A stretch of 64,000 nucleotides of DNA from Saccostrea cucullata (lineage: Eukaryota), in assembly GCF_032062105.1 (NCBI RefSeq), contig NW_026919467.1, forward strand, positions 1 through 64,000, given 5' to 3'. The translations under genes and the position numbers were made by a program. A model generated the notes under the pieces. That model saw only the letters and a program-made list of their open reading frames with translations, did not search any database and was not told the origin of the DNA. This document shows, piece by piece, positions 1-14,685 of this stretch; within the stretch, counting starts at the first letter, position 1; the number at the start of each line of letters is the position of its first letter.

Positions 1-434
1 TTTATGGGTCTCACTTTGAGAAAATACTTAGAGATATCCGAGGATTTTAGATATCGAGGGTAAAAACTTAAGAAATAAGAACTCGGGACTTCCATGTCAC
101 TTCGATATATGGTATTCATGGTATTCTATAGATATAGGTGTCCGAGATACCGAAGTTCAACTGTATGTGCATACAAGGATCCGACGGATATATTCAGATT
201 ATTAGACAAGATTAAATAGCAGTAAACTCTACTCAACAATTTAGTGTAAAAAATGGGGAAAATGCGCATAAAAGTTGAAAAAACTCCACTAACATGCCAC
301 CTTTCCACAACCTTATAAAAATTGGATGTCTGCATTATTTACAAACCGAGTAAGTCCAAATATATGTACCAGTCAATGCGTGCATCCAACGAAATTGTAG
401 AAAATATTTGTATATCAAATTGAAAGTGCCAAAG

Positions 435-1540
435 AAGGAAGAGGTCTAATGGGCCACAACGGTAACCTGAGTGAACCTGGCATTTCCCATTCATATGATT
501 GTTTTGGCTCTTTATTCATGTGAAAAAAATTGAGACTCCTATCGTAACTCCATTTTAACGAGGCCGAGTCTAATTATTTCTGCCCTAGGGATTTTGATAA
601 TTTTTTGATAATTAATTTTTATGGTTATATGTATTGTTTTAAGATTAAAAAATCGAATGTTTACCACTCCGATTTCTTAGGAGCCATCTCCAAAGTTGTC
701 AAATTTTACTATTGGACCCTATGAGAATTTGTTTGAAAAGCGCCAATTTATCACATTTATTCCATATTTTTTGTATTTCTGCCCTAGAGATTTTTTTCAT
801 TCAAGTAGATGAAAGTTATTGTAAAAAATCACATAATTGTGAAATTTCAAAAACCTTCACCATCTAGGAATAAATTACCAAGTTTATTTTTTCAAGCCCA
901 ATACCTCTAAAATTGCCTTATTGCGGTATAACTGCATATCAGTGCAAATGAATTATCGGCACATATGATTTTTTCGGTAAAAATAGCAATGTTTAGATTG
1001 CTAGTATGTTTTTTTATAGATGTTCTGTCATCAGTTTTTAGTATAATATCCATGGACGTCTTGAACATACAAGCGAGTCATGCGTCATTCTTCAGCGTCA
1101 TGCGTTGCTTACAAAATCCGAAAATGGTGACGTCGTTAGAGCCTTTTCAGCGTTTTTTCCTAATTATTGTCGTAAAATCACATTTTCAGACCAGTACGGG
1201 ATGCAGATAATGTTAATTTTGTATTAAAATAAAAATATTTGTCAAAGGTGTGCTGTCGCACAAATGACTGCATGAAATTAAAAAGCTGAGCAAAGTCGTG
1301 CACACTCTAATTAGACTCGGCCTCGTTAACCCCAAGTTATCATGACGAATTTGAATTCACAGATCATGGGTATTACTCTAATATCGATATGACTTGCATG
1401 TTCTTACTTTTCTGGAGATTTTTTTTTATGAATATGATTAGTTTATTGAATTTAGGACCATTATTTTAGCACAGGAAACGCAAAATGTTGAAAGTTTACA
1501 GACACTGAACAAATTTGATAAGAAGAAAGCTAACGAACTC
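435..1540 (+). mobile_element. Decayed HINE/Helentron-type non-autonomous element, interrupted by a TIR element
   Basis: Begins AAGAGGTCTAATGGGCCACAACGGTAACCTGAG, resembling the 5' end of the intact element at 36044. Decayed 3' end near 1480-1540. Boundaries approximate. Confidence 0.5.
559..1325. mobile_element. Non-autonomous DNA transposon (MITE) with 18-bp perfect TIRs, flanked by TTAA
   Basis: TTAA|CGAGGCCGAGTCTAATTA ... TAATTAGACTCGGCCTCG|TTAA; no convincing internal ORF. Confidence 0.85.
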
Positions 1541-2511
1541 GATGTTGAAGAAAGTTTAACATTAAGTACATCAGGTCAATTGATAACGAATGCAAAGACG
1601 TATATATTTCACCATTTTCGCTATCCAAAGGTTTCCGATCCGAAATCTTGTAGGGTAGAGAGTGCATCGGACACCCTAATGGTTAGCCAAAATAATATTT
1701 TGTGAACATATGTAAAATACTTTTTACCTCGGAAAACAAATTTTCCGAATGTGGTATAAGATGCGAGAAGAGTTTATCAGCATGCAAGATAATTATGTTT
1801 ACTTGCAAAATACTTACGTTGACGTGCAAGTCTCCAATCTTTATTTATGAAAAATGAAGATACAGAATAGTATTTATGCTTTAAAGTAAATTGAAACAAC
1901 ACAATTCAGTAGCAGAGAAAACACGGACTTATAAAATACATGTAATTTCAGGGTTCGGATCAGTCGCCATGGAGGAATAAGCACCCCCCTATCAACCGGT
2001 CACACTAACTAAAATTAACACCCCTTGTCATAGTCGGAAAAATCCGTGGACAATTCAGTGTGAAAAAATTTAAAACATAATGGCTTTAAAGTTGTACATG
2101 TATATGAAAAACGCCTCACTCAACAATACGCAAAAATATCATGTTGATATGTAACTTATTTATGTCACCATGCGATATAATCATGTGGACATTCAACTAT
2201 ATTACATGGCGAGTTGATGACATATATAAGCTGTATGTCATCCTGATTCTGACAAATGATGTCAGATACTGGGTAAGTGAGTCAATTCACCAATGAATTC
2301 AGATTCTCGAAAAAGATTGTTAATTTACATGTTAACATACACTAACTTAATTTTTTTGCATGTCAACATTCATATTTTACATGTCAACATAATTATTTTG
2401 CATGTGTATATAACTTTTAGAGATGTTACCATAATTCATTACAGATAAAGGGACATAATGTCTCGAAATTATGTTACACTACATTAATATCTTGAATGCC
2501 AATGTCTTTAT

Positions 2512-2713
2512 TTGTTGATTGATTGATTATATATTTTATGTCCCATTCGAGAATTTTTCACTCATATAGAGACGTCACCATATACCAGTAAAGGGTTTCA
2601 AATTTTGACCTTTACTCGGCACTCAGGGCCATTGAGCAGTGAGGGATCTGTAAGTGCCAACACCTGCCGTGACACGGGGCCTTGGTTTTTAATGTCTCTT
2701 CCGAAGGACCCAC
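2512..2713 (-). mobile_element. 5'-truncated tRNA-derived SINE (same family as 15099 and 15908)
   Basis: TTGATTGATTGATT tail, then TCGAGAATTTTTCACTCATAT..GGGCCATTGAGCAG..GACACGGGG, matching the body of the two full copies. Confidence 0.8.
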
Positions 2714-2729
2714 AAATTCTTTGGAAAAA

Positions 2730-5700
2730 TAACCTGCATATAGTGGACACAAATGTGTTTTCTCAGCCTTCCTTGAAACATAACTGTACAGCTTCATTTG
2801 AGTTTGTCGAGTAAGAGGTTTAATTTATAGCATTGCTTCCATTATACCTTTGGAATGTACTTCAGATGAAATATACCATCATTTGAAAATACCATTGTAC
2901 ACCTTTTTGATAGAAAAATACCAGAACGAAAATAAACTATCCAAACTCGTAATTTTTTTTTTTCATCTTTGAACCCCACCGAGAGTCCTGATAAATGTTT
3001 ATTTTAGCACTAAAGTAATTTGGATTCTGTTATTACATGCATATCTATTCAAGCAAAATGATTTATGTACGTATATATACTTTGCCTCGTTATATACCAC
3101 ACGTTAGTTTTCTTGGCAGAACTAAGAAAACATGATTTGAGATCCAGATATCTGTGTTTGAGATAACTGTTTCTTCCCCTATGCATTAACAAATGTTTAT
3201 ATCATTCAATTTGATTTTTTTTAGTTTTAGAAATAAAAGTTACAAGATAATTTCAAAGACTTTCAATCTTCTTGGGAACCATCACACTAAACCATAGAAC
3301 TGATAGGCCAGACCTCAGAGTAGTGTATGAATTCAGATTATGACAAGAATGGAAGTCAAACGTTTTTTACAGATATAGGGAAAATGTACAGATTTCGTGT
3401 ATAGTTTCAACAGTTTACATCATGACATTTTGATAATAATTGACATGTTATTTTTCCTGGAAAATTTGTTTAAGTTAAATAGTTTTCCTCATTCAAAAGG
3501 AAGTTCATCCACATTTTTGAGTATGATATACATATTCATGAAATCTCATTAAGAAGGAATTTAGTATTGGTCGTAGTAATTTAGAAACATTGGCACTCTA
3601 AAGACTAATTTTTCAAAAGATTCGAATTATTTTAAAATTCATATGATCTTTTAGCATTATGCTGCTTTTATTACATTGATGATTCAACAAAACCTCTTAA
3701 ATAATTAACCTGAAAAATTTCTCAAACTATGAGCGTTACTATGAGAGATATTATATTATTCATATAATAGGATTTTTCTATATATTTTGACAATTTGTAC
3801 AAAGTAGATTAATCTTTTTTCGTGCCTGTTCAGAAAATGAAGCTTTTGGTTATCTTGAAACCATAATTCACATACAAAGGTGATTTTATATTTTCGACGT
3901 GAAAATTCAATGAACTCAAGCAGTACAGTTTGGATAAATTTTTAAAGATGTCTGCAGATTTCGAAATCATACAAAGCTTATTTTTCAGACAGTTACTTGA
4001 ACAAGTGATTTTGCTCTGTACACAGTTGACAAAGTGTCGTAATTTGTCTTGAGATTCCTAATTAGTAAACATCACACGACACAAACAATGCAGATAAAAC
4101 AGTCACTGTGGCTTTAGAGAACGAAAGAACTAACTTATGTTGACCGATTACAGCAATCATAGACTGATTTCTCTTTATCAATGGTCTTATAGAAAAGAGA
4201 TCAACAATTAACACACATGATTACACATTGGAGTAAATAAGTCGCATGCAAATAATTATATTGCTATGTTAATTGCATATTAACAACATCAAGTTGTTTG
4301 TCAATATGATTAGCTTGCTTAATTGCATGCATATACACATATCAGCATAAACTTGTATAATTATGAAATACATTTAAATATTAGAATGGTTTACATGTAG
4401 TTAATATAACTTACATATTAACATAACTAAGTCGCACATCAGTGAAAACTATCCTGCATTATTAATGTATGATATCAGATCCATGCAGGCATGATTAAAA
4501 ATTTGGAACATTCAAAAAATTACACTCTTTAAATGGATTTATAACTTGTATGTCATCTTAACATCTTGTATATAGACATAATAGTACTGCATGATGACAT
4601 ATAATTTATTTGCTCGTACAGGGCACAGAAAACTGATATCATAAACTTTTTATGCTTCGGGTTGACATAAATTTCCTTTAATGTCTTTGGGTTTAGTCTT
4701 CAAGTAAAACAACTCGCATATAGTGGACAGAAAATTTCATTATAGGATACCCATAAATATACAACTTCTATTACCCGGTATTATGTTGAATATATGTAGC
4801 ATTAGAAATATTTGACGGTGCATGTATATGTAGTAAATGTTCAGGTGCTTGAAATTACCACCACCCCTTTGCATTTAAATTTTAACCGACGTGTTTATTC
4901 GAAATATTTTCTCACATATGAACTTTCCCGACAGACCTGAAAAGTATATTCATTCTTACATCTAAAGAATATTGTTTTCACTTACTACAGGTATAATATA
5001 TAATTATCATATGTATTTAAGTGACACGATGTATGTATTTTTTTTCCTTCTATTTATTACCATACGGTACATTACTTGACAAAACTAAGGAACGCATTGG
5101 TTAAGATAGCTGTTTTAGAATAGTATTGTTTCTGTTCATTTGTTTTATCAAAATTGCAAAGAATTTCATGTTAATAAGATTTCCACAACTAGTATTTTAC
5201 TACAACTAGTATTTCATAGCTTTTAAAAAAGGATTACTAGTATATAAAGGTTACACGAGTGTAAGTATCAAATTCATTTTGATTTTTCGGCAAATGGTGA
5301 TGATCATTTTCTAATTCTATGATCGCTATAAAGGTCTTTCGTTAAAAGGTTTAATCATTGTGCCTGTATTATTCATTTTTGTGTCAGTCATTTTGATCAT
5401 TTCATCACGAGATTGTTTGGAAACTTGTCAGAAGTAAGGTGCCTTCTAAAATTAATTCAAAACAATTTTGCACCTGAAATATTTTTAAATTTTATTAATG
5501 AAATGATCATAAATACATTTATGAAGTCATCTTTTAATAATTGGGCATTATAGTTGCACTGTACCATTCAATGTTTTATTATGAATATTTATATCAACAC
5601 TTTCAAGCCATGCGTAGGTTGATATCTTTGCTCATTTGACTCTGATAATTAAAAATAATTTCATAACGAAATTGTTATTTGAAAAGTCTTCCAAATTCCT

Positions 5701-8007
5701 CTTCAAAAACATAATAATTATTGAAAAATGTTTACCATATAATACAGTTAAACACAGAAAAAAGAAAATATATCGAGATAACGAACAGCATTCAAGCTCA
5801 AAATTCCATTCTTAAAAATAATCTTAAGGTTATTTCACGATATTTTTTTTCATTTGTAACGTTCATAACCATATACTACAGCATCAGGTAAAGGCATTGA
5901 AATAATTATAACTTCATATAAATACATTCCATATTTATTTGTAGCCCCCAATTCGTAACAAAAAGTTAAAGATTTTCATATATGGTCCCATCCGTGTCCT
6001 ACTGGAAATGATATGAAGAACTCGCACCTTTCATGAGAATGCATGCGTTTTACTTTGAAAATCAACTAGTAGAGCTTAATTATAATTGACATTCGTCCAT
6101 ATCATTGCCTCGTTTTGAGTTTGATATGCATATTCATGAAAACTCGTACAGAAATGCATATGGGTCCAAGTAGTTAAAAACCTCGGAAATTTTAAATTCT
6201 ACAAAGAATTCGACGATTTTTTTTTTAGAAAGAAAGGTATACAGGGTAACTTTTATAAATCATGGACCTATTGTCATCTTGTAATGATCTGGCATTGATC
6301 AGTCTTTCTAGACGTGACATCAGCATTTTCTAGATCTCAAACTTTGAGTAATTGTACACTTGTAAAAGAATTCACCTGCATTTTATCCCCTTTGATAGCA
6401 TCAGAATTTATCTTTTCTGGTGCTTATTTAGAAAATGACACTTTTGACAGAATTACTTTAAAAAAAAAACCCTTGTAGGATTTGCAATATTATGTACTCT
6501 ATTAAATGCATAACGTTTTTTTTATCTAAATAATTGTATTTAATATTTTTAAGCTGGAACAGTATGTAAATAAATATGTATACAGTCTGGGGGATTGTCA
6601 TTCTTTTATATATAATATTGATGAATAATACTTAATTGTGAATCTTAATTTTTCATTATAAACTTATTGATTATCATTTACATGTATTATTTACTTACTG
6701 TTATATCTTGATCTATTATACAAGGAGAGGGTGTACATAGACCTTGCCTGTTGCCCAATCCTTACTGTATTATTCAATCAATATGTTTAAAGAAGGATTT
6801 GTGGGATATAACATTTATGTCTCTGAAAATCAAATAAATTCGAGCATTGTCAGATCAGGATAATCTAAGATGTCTGCAAAAGTAGAAAACTGAACACAGT
6901 GTAATTTTAGAAATAACTTGAGCCTTTGACATGTTTGAATTGAAATCACTGTTGTGATTTATCTAGAGAGTCGTTATCAGTAAACATCACAAAATACAAC
7001 ATAAAGAATGTAGTAAAACAATGGCTTTGTAGAACGGACGTCTAACTTATGTTGACCGATTAGTACAATCACAATCTCTCTTTATCAATGGTCTTATAGA
7101 AAAGTGATCAAACAATGAAACACTTGATTAAACATAGGAGTACATGTAAATAAGTCGCATACAAACATATTACTATGTTGCATGCTAACAATATAGTTTA
7201 TCAGCATATTTAAGTAATTCAAAAATAATTTGCATGTAGTTAACTTTCATGTTAACATTAGTAAGTTTGAAGTCAGTAAAAAAATATTTTGCATTATTCA
7301 TGTATAATGTCAAATGAAAAAAAAATGTATAAATCAAATTCTGTTAAATTTTGGTAATTTGATCGCCGAAAGATGACTGAAAAATTGCCGACTCGGCGGT
7401 AAACAATACTAATAATCATAGAATAATTTGTATGTAGACATGATTATATTGCATGATAAAATATAATTTATTTTGCTTGTGGGAGAGAGAAAATTGACAT
7501 CACATTCTTTATATGCTACAAGTTGTTAACTTGAATGCCTTTATACCGTTACAGCCTTAAGAGTTTGCATATATTGGACAGTAAAATGCCATTATTGCAA
7601 ACAAATGACCCCTAAATGTATAACTTCATTGATCATGTTGATTATTTTAAATATCTTTTAAAATGATAAATAGTACTTGTATATATGAAGGTCCTTAAAA
7701 TCACTCCCACCCCCTTGTGTGTTTCTACAATTATCTAAAAAGCATTTTTGTATTAGTGAACTCCACCTACAGGCCTGATAAATATTCATTATTACTTACT
7801 ATATCTATTCGAGCGAAATGATTTATGTACTTTGCCACGTTTCATACCATCACACGGCAGGTTTCTTGACAAAACTAAATTACTGTATGTCATATTATAC
7901 ATATATCATATATTGAGCTTTATTTATACCCATTTGCATTTTAATAGTATAAAATTCTAAAATGGCAGAGGAACTGACCGGTTAATAAAATGAAATAATA
8001 AAGAAAA

Positions 8008-8053
<46 letters not shown>

Positions 8054-9560
8054 TTTTAAAAGCTGAATTTTTCAGTAAAAGTTTATTTCTTGTTGATTAA
8101 TCTATTTACCTTTAAACAAAAGATTGTCAATTTCTTGTGATTATAGATTTGAGAGTTGAAATAAGATGTATTTATAAGAACTGATTAGATAAAAGTTTTA
8201 CATGTATTGCATTATCAATTTGATTTTCAAAATTGTAATGATTGCTTGTCTAATGTCAGTATTTGAATCATTTTAAAAGCTATTTGTCAATAAATAAAAT
8301 TATTGTACTATTCATTTAATCTCAATGATTTTCATCATTGTGAAAGTACCGTTGTCACGTTGAATGGATGATTTCCAAGAGAATGTGAGGAAACTTAACT
8401 TGACAGAAGATTATTCCTATCTGTAATGTGAAATATCAAAATAACTTAAAAAAACAATTATTTTTTGTGCCGGAAGTCTAACCATTTATTTGTTGCTTTT
8501 CTTTATTCATTTAACAAATCTGATTGCTTCGTCATTTATTTATTAATAAATGAACATGCAATTCCATTAACCGAAATTAATTTATATATACTTATACATC
8601 ATGTAACGACATTAACATAATGATTTCTGCATATACATTCAAAAATCATTCATAGCCTTGATTATTTGATAAAACATCTCTTCGTATATATGGTCCCATC
8701 CTAACCCCTTTGCATATAATCTGGACATTTTGAACCAAAACCTAGCTATCTTTGGGATGTATGCGTTTAACTTAGAAAATCAACATCAGCTTTATATAAG
8801 TTCTAATGGATATTCGTCTACATCATTATCTCGTTTTGAGTTTGATATGCATATTCATAAATCTCGATAAGAAATGCATATTAGTCCAAGTAGTAGAGAA
8901 AAAAACATTGGCACTTTCAGATTTTACAAAAAAATTCAATTTGAAAGAAAAGAAAAAAAAAGTAAGATAATTTTAAAAGCCATGCAACCTATTACCATCT
9001 TATGACGTACATGTTTTTATTTTAGTGATGTGGTATCTAGTCTGTTAAACAACTTGAAGATTTCTGAAACTTTGAGCTACTGTATAAAAGAATTCCTCTA
9101 CATTTTGATTTTCTTTACTATTTCTGTAAGAACATATATTATCATTTATGGTGCTTATTCAGAAAATGACACTTTTGGTAATACTTGAAAAAAATCATAA
9201 AAAGACATACTTATATATCAAGAATATTACATTTTATCATTGAAAATCAATGAAACCTATGTCAGGTCATGGCAAGCTAAGATGTCTACAAATTTAGAAA
9301 CTAAACACGGTATATTTTTAGTCAAGTACTTGAACCAGTGAATTTGCTTTGTACACAGTTGACAAAGTGGCGTAATTTGTTTTAAGATTCCTAATTAGTA
9401 AACATCACACGACATAAACAATGTAGTGAAAATAATGGCTTTATAGAACGGAATGCTTACTTATTTTGACCGATTATTGCAATCTTATTTCTCTTTATCA
9501 ATGTTTCTTATTGAAAAGAGATCAAACAATAAACACACATGATTACACATAAGAATAAGT
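2730..9560. repeat. Diverged tandem triplication of a ~2.5-2.9 kb non-coding unit
   Basis: Collinear shared blocks: GCATATAGTGGACA (~2736, 4716, 7567); TTTGAGT.TGATAT.CATATTCAT (~3516, 6114, 8835); AGTAAACATCACA...TTGACCGATTA...TCTCTTTATCAATG (~4064, 6979, 9397). Edges approximate. Confidence 0.7.
8011..8053 (+). repeat. (AG)n microsatellite
   Basis: Read directly from the sequence. Confidence 0.95.
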
Positions 9561-12079
9561 AACAATTTATTTTCCTGCCATGTTACATGAGACTGATACA
9601 AGTACTGTATGAATGGTTATTTTCGCTCGTTTACTTTTGAAAACAATTTGATCAAAATCTAACTTCGCCAAAAACATTACATTTCGTATTTAAGAAACAA
9701 TTCTTTTGAATTAGTCCAGTTTTAAATTTCTCCTCTTTTGCTCACATCGAGAGGGAAATATAAGCGAATTTTACAACCTGCAAAATATTCTGATAAACTC
9801 TTATTGCCCACTTCCTGATTGGCTAAAACAAAACTTTAGTTTTATTACTTCTTTAATTTAAGCAAAGTTCCGTGAAATATACATATATAGACATATCACA
9901 AGTTGTAAAATGATGGATTAGAGAAAAAGGCGAACATGTCATTTGAAATAAGACTGGCTAAGTTTTTAAATCACGTACACCTTTCTTTTATTAATTTTGT
10001 AACAAAACATGTTCTAGGATGAATAAACATCACTCCATTGTAACAAAAACAAATGGAAATGCAAATATAAGCAAATGTAAATTAACATGCTGATTTTTTG
10101 CTGCATAATGCAAGAACGGTTTCTTCTGAATGGAATAATTCGAATTTTAACTTCGGGCATATAATGAGATTCCACGAAGTATCAAATCATTCACAGAATA
10201 TGACAGCACGTTTGAACACATGTGATCAAATCCGATAGATTGAAACTTATATGTCTGTAATGTACGAAAAAAGAGATTTTTTAAAACAAAATCTTGATTA
10301 TCATACCGTTGGAATTCAATAAATGGAACGTTTCCCGTTTGAAATTAGGAGTTGTCTTATAAAGAACATTGGAAACAACCACTGTTAGCAAAAACTGCTT
10401 TTGATTAAATGAATTAATTGCATCTGATTTTTAAGATGCTACATGTATATTGATATTATCATACAACTACATAGATACACGTATCTTAATTATAAAAGCA
10501 ATCATCTTACATTTTAGGATACAAATATTTCAATCTGTATGAGCGTATTTTTTTAATCTTGATAAAATTCTTGAAAAAATCACTTAAATGATAATGTATG
10601 CACATGATGTATGAAAAAATAAATAATTATGAAAGTGAAAAAGTTCAAGGGGTGTATGGTTGATAAGATGTGGGTTAAGAAGTACGACTTCCGGCCTATC
10701 ATTCAAATTTCAAATGCTGAGCACATATTATGCAAATGTTCCTGAACTGTACGAAAGACATCATTGTTCATTTTTCATTATCCTGTCTTTTTCAAATAAC
10801 AGCATGCCCATTGATCATTTACATGTATGTACTTACACGTAATAAAGGATGATAAATGGGTTAATTTTCAATGGGGAAGTTCAAGTTGGTACTCGTTTTG
10901 TGAAGGGAAATATGTAAATCTTAACGTCTACTTAAAATTCAGGTTACATGTAACCCCGCCCATCTTCAATAATTCATTCAAATAAACTACTTTCAATTAA
11001 AACGAGATGAAACCGGAAAGTGGAGCATTCATTATTCATAAAAAACAGAGCGCATCTGACTACATGTTAATGACTTGGACCAAAAGAGAGTTTATTTTAA
11101 ATTCTGCTGTGACCTTCCCCTATATGCTTTGACCAGAAATCAAATAAAAGATGCACCTTCTTAGCAAGAAATATATTTCATAAAATTTTGTGTCCAATTT
11201 TTTTTAATCAATTGTGGCCTAAATAATTGGTTTCAATTTTAACCCTGATAGCCAAGTGACCGTGACCTTTGAGGTACGGACCTAAACCAAAGTCATTTAG
11301 AACAACTGACTAAAATACAATGCAAATATTAGATTAAGTACCAAGTCCCTCATATTTTCTAGGGGAAAGTGGATTTATTCATTGATCTAAAGTATTTAAA
11401 ATAAAGAAAATTTCACTATACAAATAGAGTGACCTTAACCACGATTGGAATATAGTGATAGGAATGTCCGGCCGTTCGTCAGTCCTTCCATCTGTTACGC
11501 TTTGGGGTACTCATCTCTTATCGGCAACTCCACTTATACAACAGAATGAAATTTAATGCGAATTTTACAATATCTTTGTTACATAGTGCCATTGTGCAAC
11601 TTCTTTTTTATTTTTTGATCCGACACATATTTTGGGTTTTCATAACATGGACACTGCCATTCATTCTATGATATTGAATGGTACCCATCTTACCGCAACC
11701 CTGTACCACTGAATAAAATTTAATGACTTTCACAGAATCTTTATTATATACATAATGCAAATGCGACCTCCTAATTATTTTTTGCCATTATAATCATATG
11801 GAAGGCGGGGATTTTAATTTAGTGATCTCGGTACTCACAATACCTCTAGATCACAATGGAAACGAGATAGCAAGCAGTCATTTTTTTTCTCTATTGCTAC
11901 TATGAAAAGACATTGGCCTTTGTGAAACGATCCTAAAATTTAATAGAAATACTATCCATGTTGGTTTCCTATCTTTTATCAAAGTGAGTTCAAGAAGTGT
12001 GAAGTACTAGTATCAAATCATTTTCAGATGTGACTTCTAAGGGCTAACAGAGCCCTACAATGACTGAGAAACAGCCCTA

Positions 12080-13136
12080 CGAGGGGTGTTAGAAAAGTTT
12101 GCGGACAAGTTCTATTGTGAGAGCGCTATTTCCACAAAACCGGTCAAACTTTCCAGATAAGAACTTTACCTTTTTTCCAGTAAATATACAAGAATTTGAT
12201 GTTCTTGGGTGATTATTGAAAAATATACAGCATTTTTATTTTGATAAAACTTGCTTCATGGAGCATGCTACATTTTGGCACGTTTACATCACAAAGACTC
12301 TTTATTAAAATTAAAAATTGCACAATTGTAGCGCAAAGAGATTTATGATATTTTACCTGCCGCTAAAGAATGCAGAAAACGTCACCGTGAGAAATTTTGA
12401 ACTAAATTGTATGGTATATGACTGTTTTATAGCCGTTTATAAATGATCAACGCGTAAAAAGACAGCCAAAAATCAGAACGTCATTGAGCGTCATGGAGCA
12501 CTGCACTACGTACATGTAAAAAAATTATATGTGCAGACAGGAAAATGTCTAAAAAGAGATTAAAATGTTCAAGATGCTGCCGGGAATTTCCTACACATAC
12601 AAAGAACAAGTTTTCAAATGGTTATAGCTTCATAAGAATGGAAGGGGCGACATTTTGAATGATTAACTCCATCGTTATTTCAATACCCCCTTATCGCATG
12701 GAAGTTGCGTTGCGCCTATATGGTTTTGCATAGTTTCCATACCTGATCGATTAACTGCATAGATTTTTTTTTTCTTTTTTAAGATCTCAATAATATACGA
12801 ATCAGTACAAAAAAACATTATAGTAGAAAAGTAACATGTTTTGATATAGATATTCAATTTTAAAGTAGAAATGAAAGATTTATAAATATAACTGCGACAA
12901 AGCTTAACGGGTTGAAATCTGGTTGTCACGTCGCTTACGTCAAATGATTGCTCCGTGAATCCCATGACCCCATAGTAAAAAAAGTTGTAAAATTTCAAGA
13001 TTTTATTATATGGACCTGATTTTTTACATACCAATAAACAAAATGTAGGAATTCATTCAGATATAGGTCATACTTCACAGTACACAATAGATTTTCCGTA
13101 ATTCAATGTGTCCGCGAACTTTTCTAACAACCCTCG
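12080..13136. mobile_element. Non-autonomous Tc1/mariner element
   Basis: TA|CGAGGGGTGTTAGAAAAGTTTGCGGACA ... TGTCCGCGAACTTTTCTAACAACCCTCG|TA; ~28-bp TIRs and TA target duplication. Confidence 0.85.
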
Positions 13137-13156
13137 TAAGTCCCTATTAAAGCATA

Positions 13157-13866
13157 ATAAAACAGTATGTATTTGTGAAACAATGATGCCCCCGTATGGC
13201 AGTTTATGGCTTGGGTTGAATTCTCTCAAATGCATGTTAAACTCCAAAGGTCAAGGTCAAAAGTGTTGGTATCCCAAGGAAGGTCTTGTTACAAGGAATA
13301 CACCTGTGAAATTTGAAAGCCCTATTTCTAACTGTTCAAAAGTCAAGAGCAAGGGTAAAGTTTTTAAAAAGTGGATCAAACTCTTAAGTCGAGGTCAAAA
13401 ATATTTATACCAGTTAAAAGGTCTTGTAACAATAAATACACCTGTGAAATTTGAAAGCCCTATTTCTAACTGTTCAAAAGTCAAGAGCAAGGGTAAAGTT
13501 TTTAAAAAGTGGGTCAAACTCTTAAGTCAAGGTCAAAAATATTTATATCAGTTAAAAGGTCTTGTCACAATAAATACACATGTGAAAGATGAAAGCCTTA
13601 GTTTCGACTGTTCAAAAGTTATGGCCAAGGTTAAAGTGTGGTATTTTTTGTACAAGTAGGTCAAACTCCAAGGTCAAGAGGTCAAATTTGGTGGTACTCA
13701 TGGAAAGGTCTTGTCACAAGGAATACAGCTGTGAAATATAAAATCCATAACCCCACCCACTCAATATTTATGGGCTAGATTAAAGTTGACAACAGACAGA
13801 CAGAAAGACAAACAGACAGGACAAAAACAAAATACCCCGGGATCTTTCGATCCGGGGGCATAAAAA
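13157..13866 (+). mobile_element. HINE/Helentron-type element with internal 138-bp tandem repeats
   Basis: Repeat anchor AGGTCTTGT at 13281, 13419, 13557 (138-bp period) and 13706. Followed by a (GACA)n tract, the terminal hairpin CCCCGGGATC-TTTC-GATCCGGGGG and CATAAAAA. Confidence 0.8.
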
Positions 13867-14597
13867 CAAAAGTTATGTATAAGTGCATGATACTATATTA
13901 TTAATATTTTTGTGATTCTTACTAAATTAGAAGAAGACTATAGGGTAGCTGACCCATTTTGGTTCACATCATTTTAAGTTTTTCAAGAGTCATGAAATTT
14001 AAATCTTAGGTCATTCATACTCAGTAGCACAGTTTGAAATATGAAGAGCATATCTTATATCAAATAAAATCTGAAATATGACTACTAGTATTTGCAGCAA
14101 TTCAAAAATTAGCTTAGTCACCCAAATGGGACACGACAATAGCATATGATAGTGGTCTTATGTTGATAAATGTAAATAAATGTTTATCTATCAATCGTAT
14201 TGTCCATTTCCTTCATTCATAAAAAAAACTTGGATTATGATGAAGGAAAAGAATCAACCCTTTTCATTAATTTTAATGAGCAAAATTGAAGGATAAGAAA
14301 TCTTTTACGTCTTCTACCTGAATTGAAAGTGATTCAGTGCTATATGAATTGATGAAGACTCAGTACTTTGAAAATAAAGTAACAATGGCTTTTGCTCATT
14401 GGTGCATTGTAGCCAAAAGGCATGATAATGGATTTCTCTATTAACTATCTTTGGGTCATCGCGCATTTGACAACGAGTTTTTTTTTTAAGAATTGACAAT
14501 GCCGATGCATTTAAATTGTTTTGAATAAACATGGACATAAAAGGCCTCGATTCTATTGGTAACTATCTGATGATTGACGTTTTCGTCACCAGAAAGA

Positions 14598-14618
14598 GGG
14601 CGTGGCTGCGATATAAAA
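14598..14618 (+). promoter_or_regulatory. Putative core promoter of the Gly-rich gene: GC box (GGGCGTGGC, 14598-14606) and TATA box (TATAAAA, 14612-14618)
   Basis: A consensus donor CGG|GTAAGT follows ~70 bp later at 14686. The CDS is preceded by an acceptor that needs an upstream exon. Confidence 0.6.
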
Positions 14619-14642
14619 TCCTTTTCAAAAGAACAAAATCTT

Positions 14643-14685
14643 TTGTCCACATCTGCGAGAAATCCCACATTTTCGAGGGCACCGG
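14643..14685 (+). other. Putative non-coding exon 1 (5' UTR) of the Gly-rich protein gene
   Basis: Start inferred ~25-30 nt after the TATA box. Donor GTAAGT at 14686; matching acceptor TTTCAG ends at 16254, 9 nt before the ATG. Confidence 0.55.

Noticed and set aside
13108-13659. 183-aa ORF with a 46-aa repeat
   Set aside because: It is a translation of the 138-bp satellite core of a HINE and starts inside a mariner TIR.
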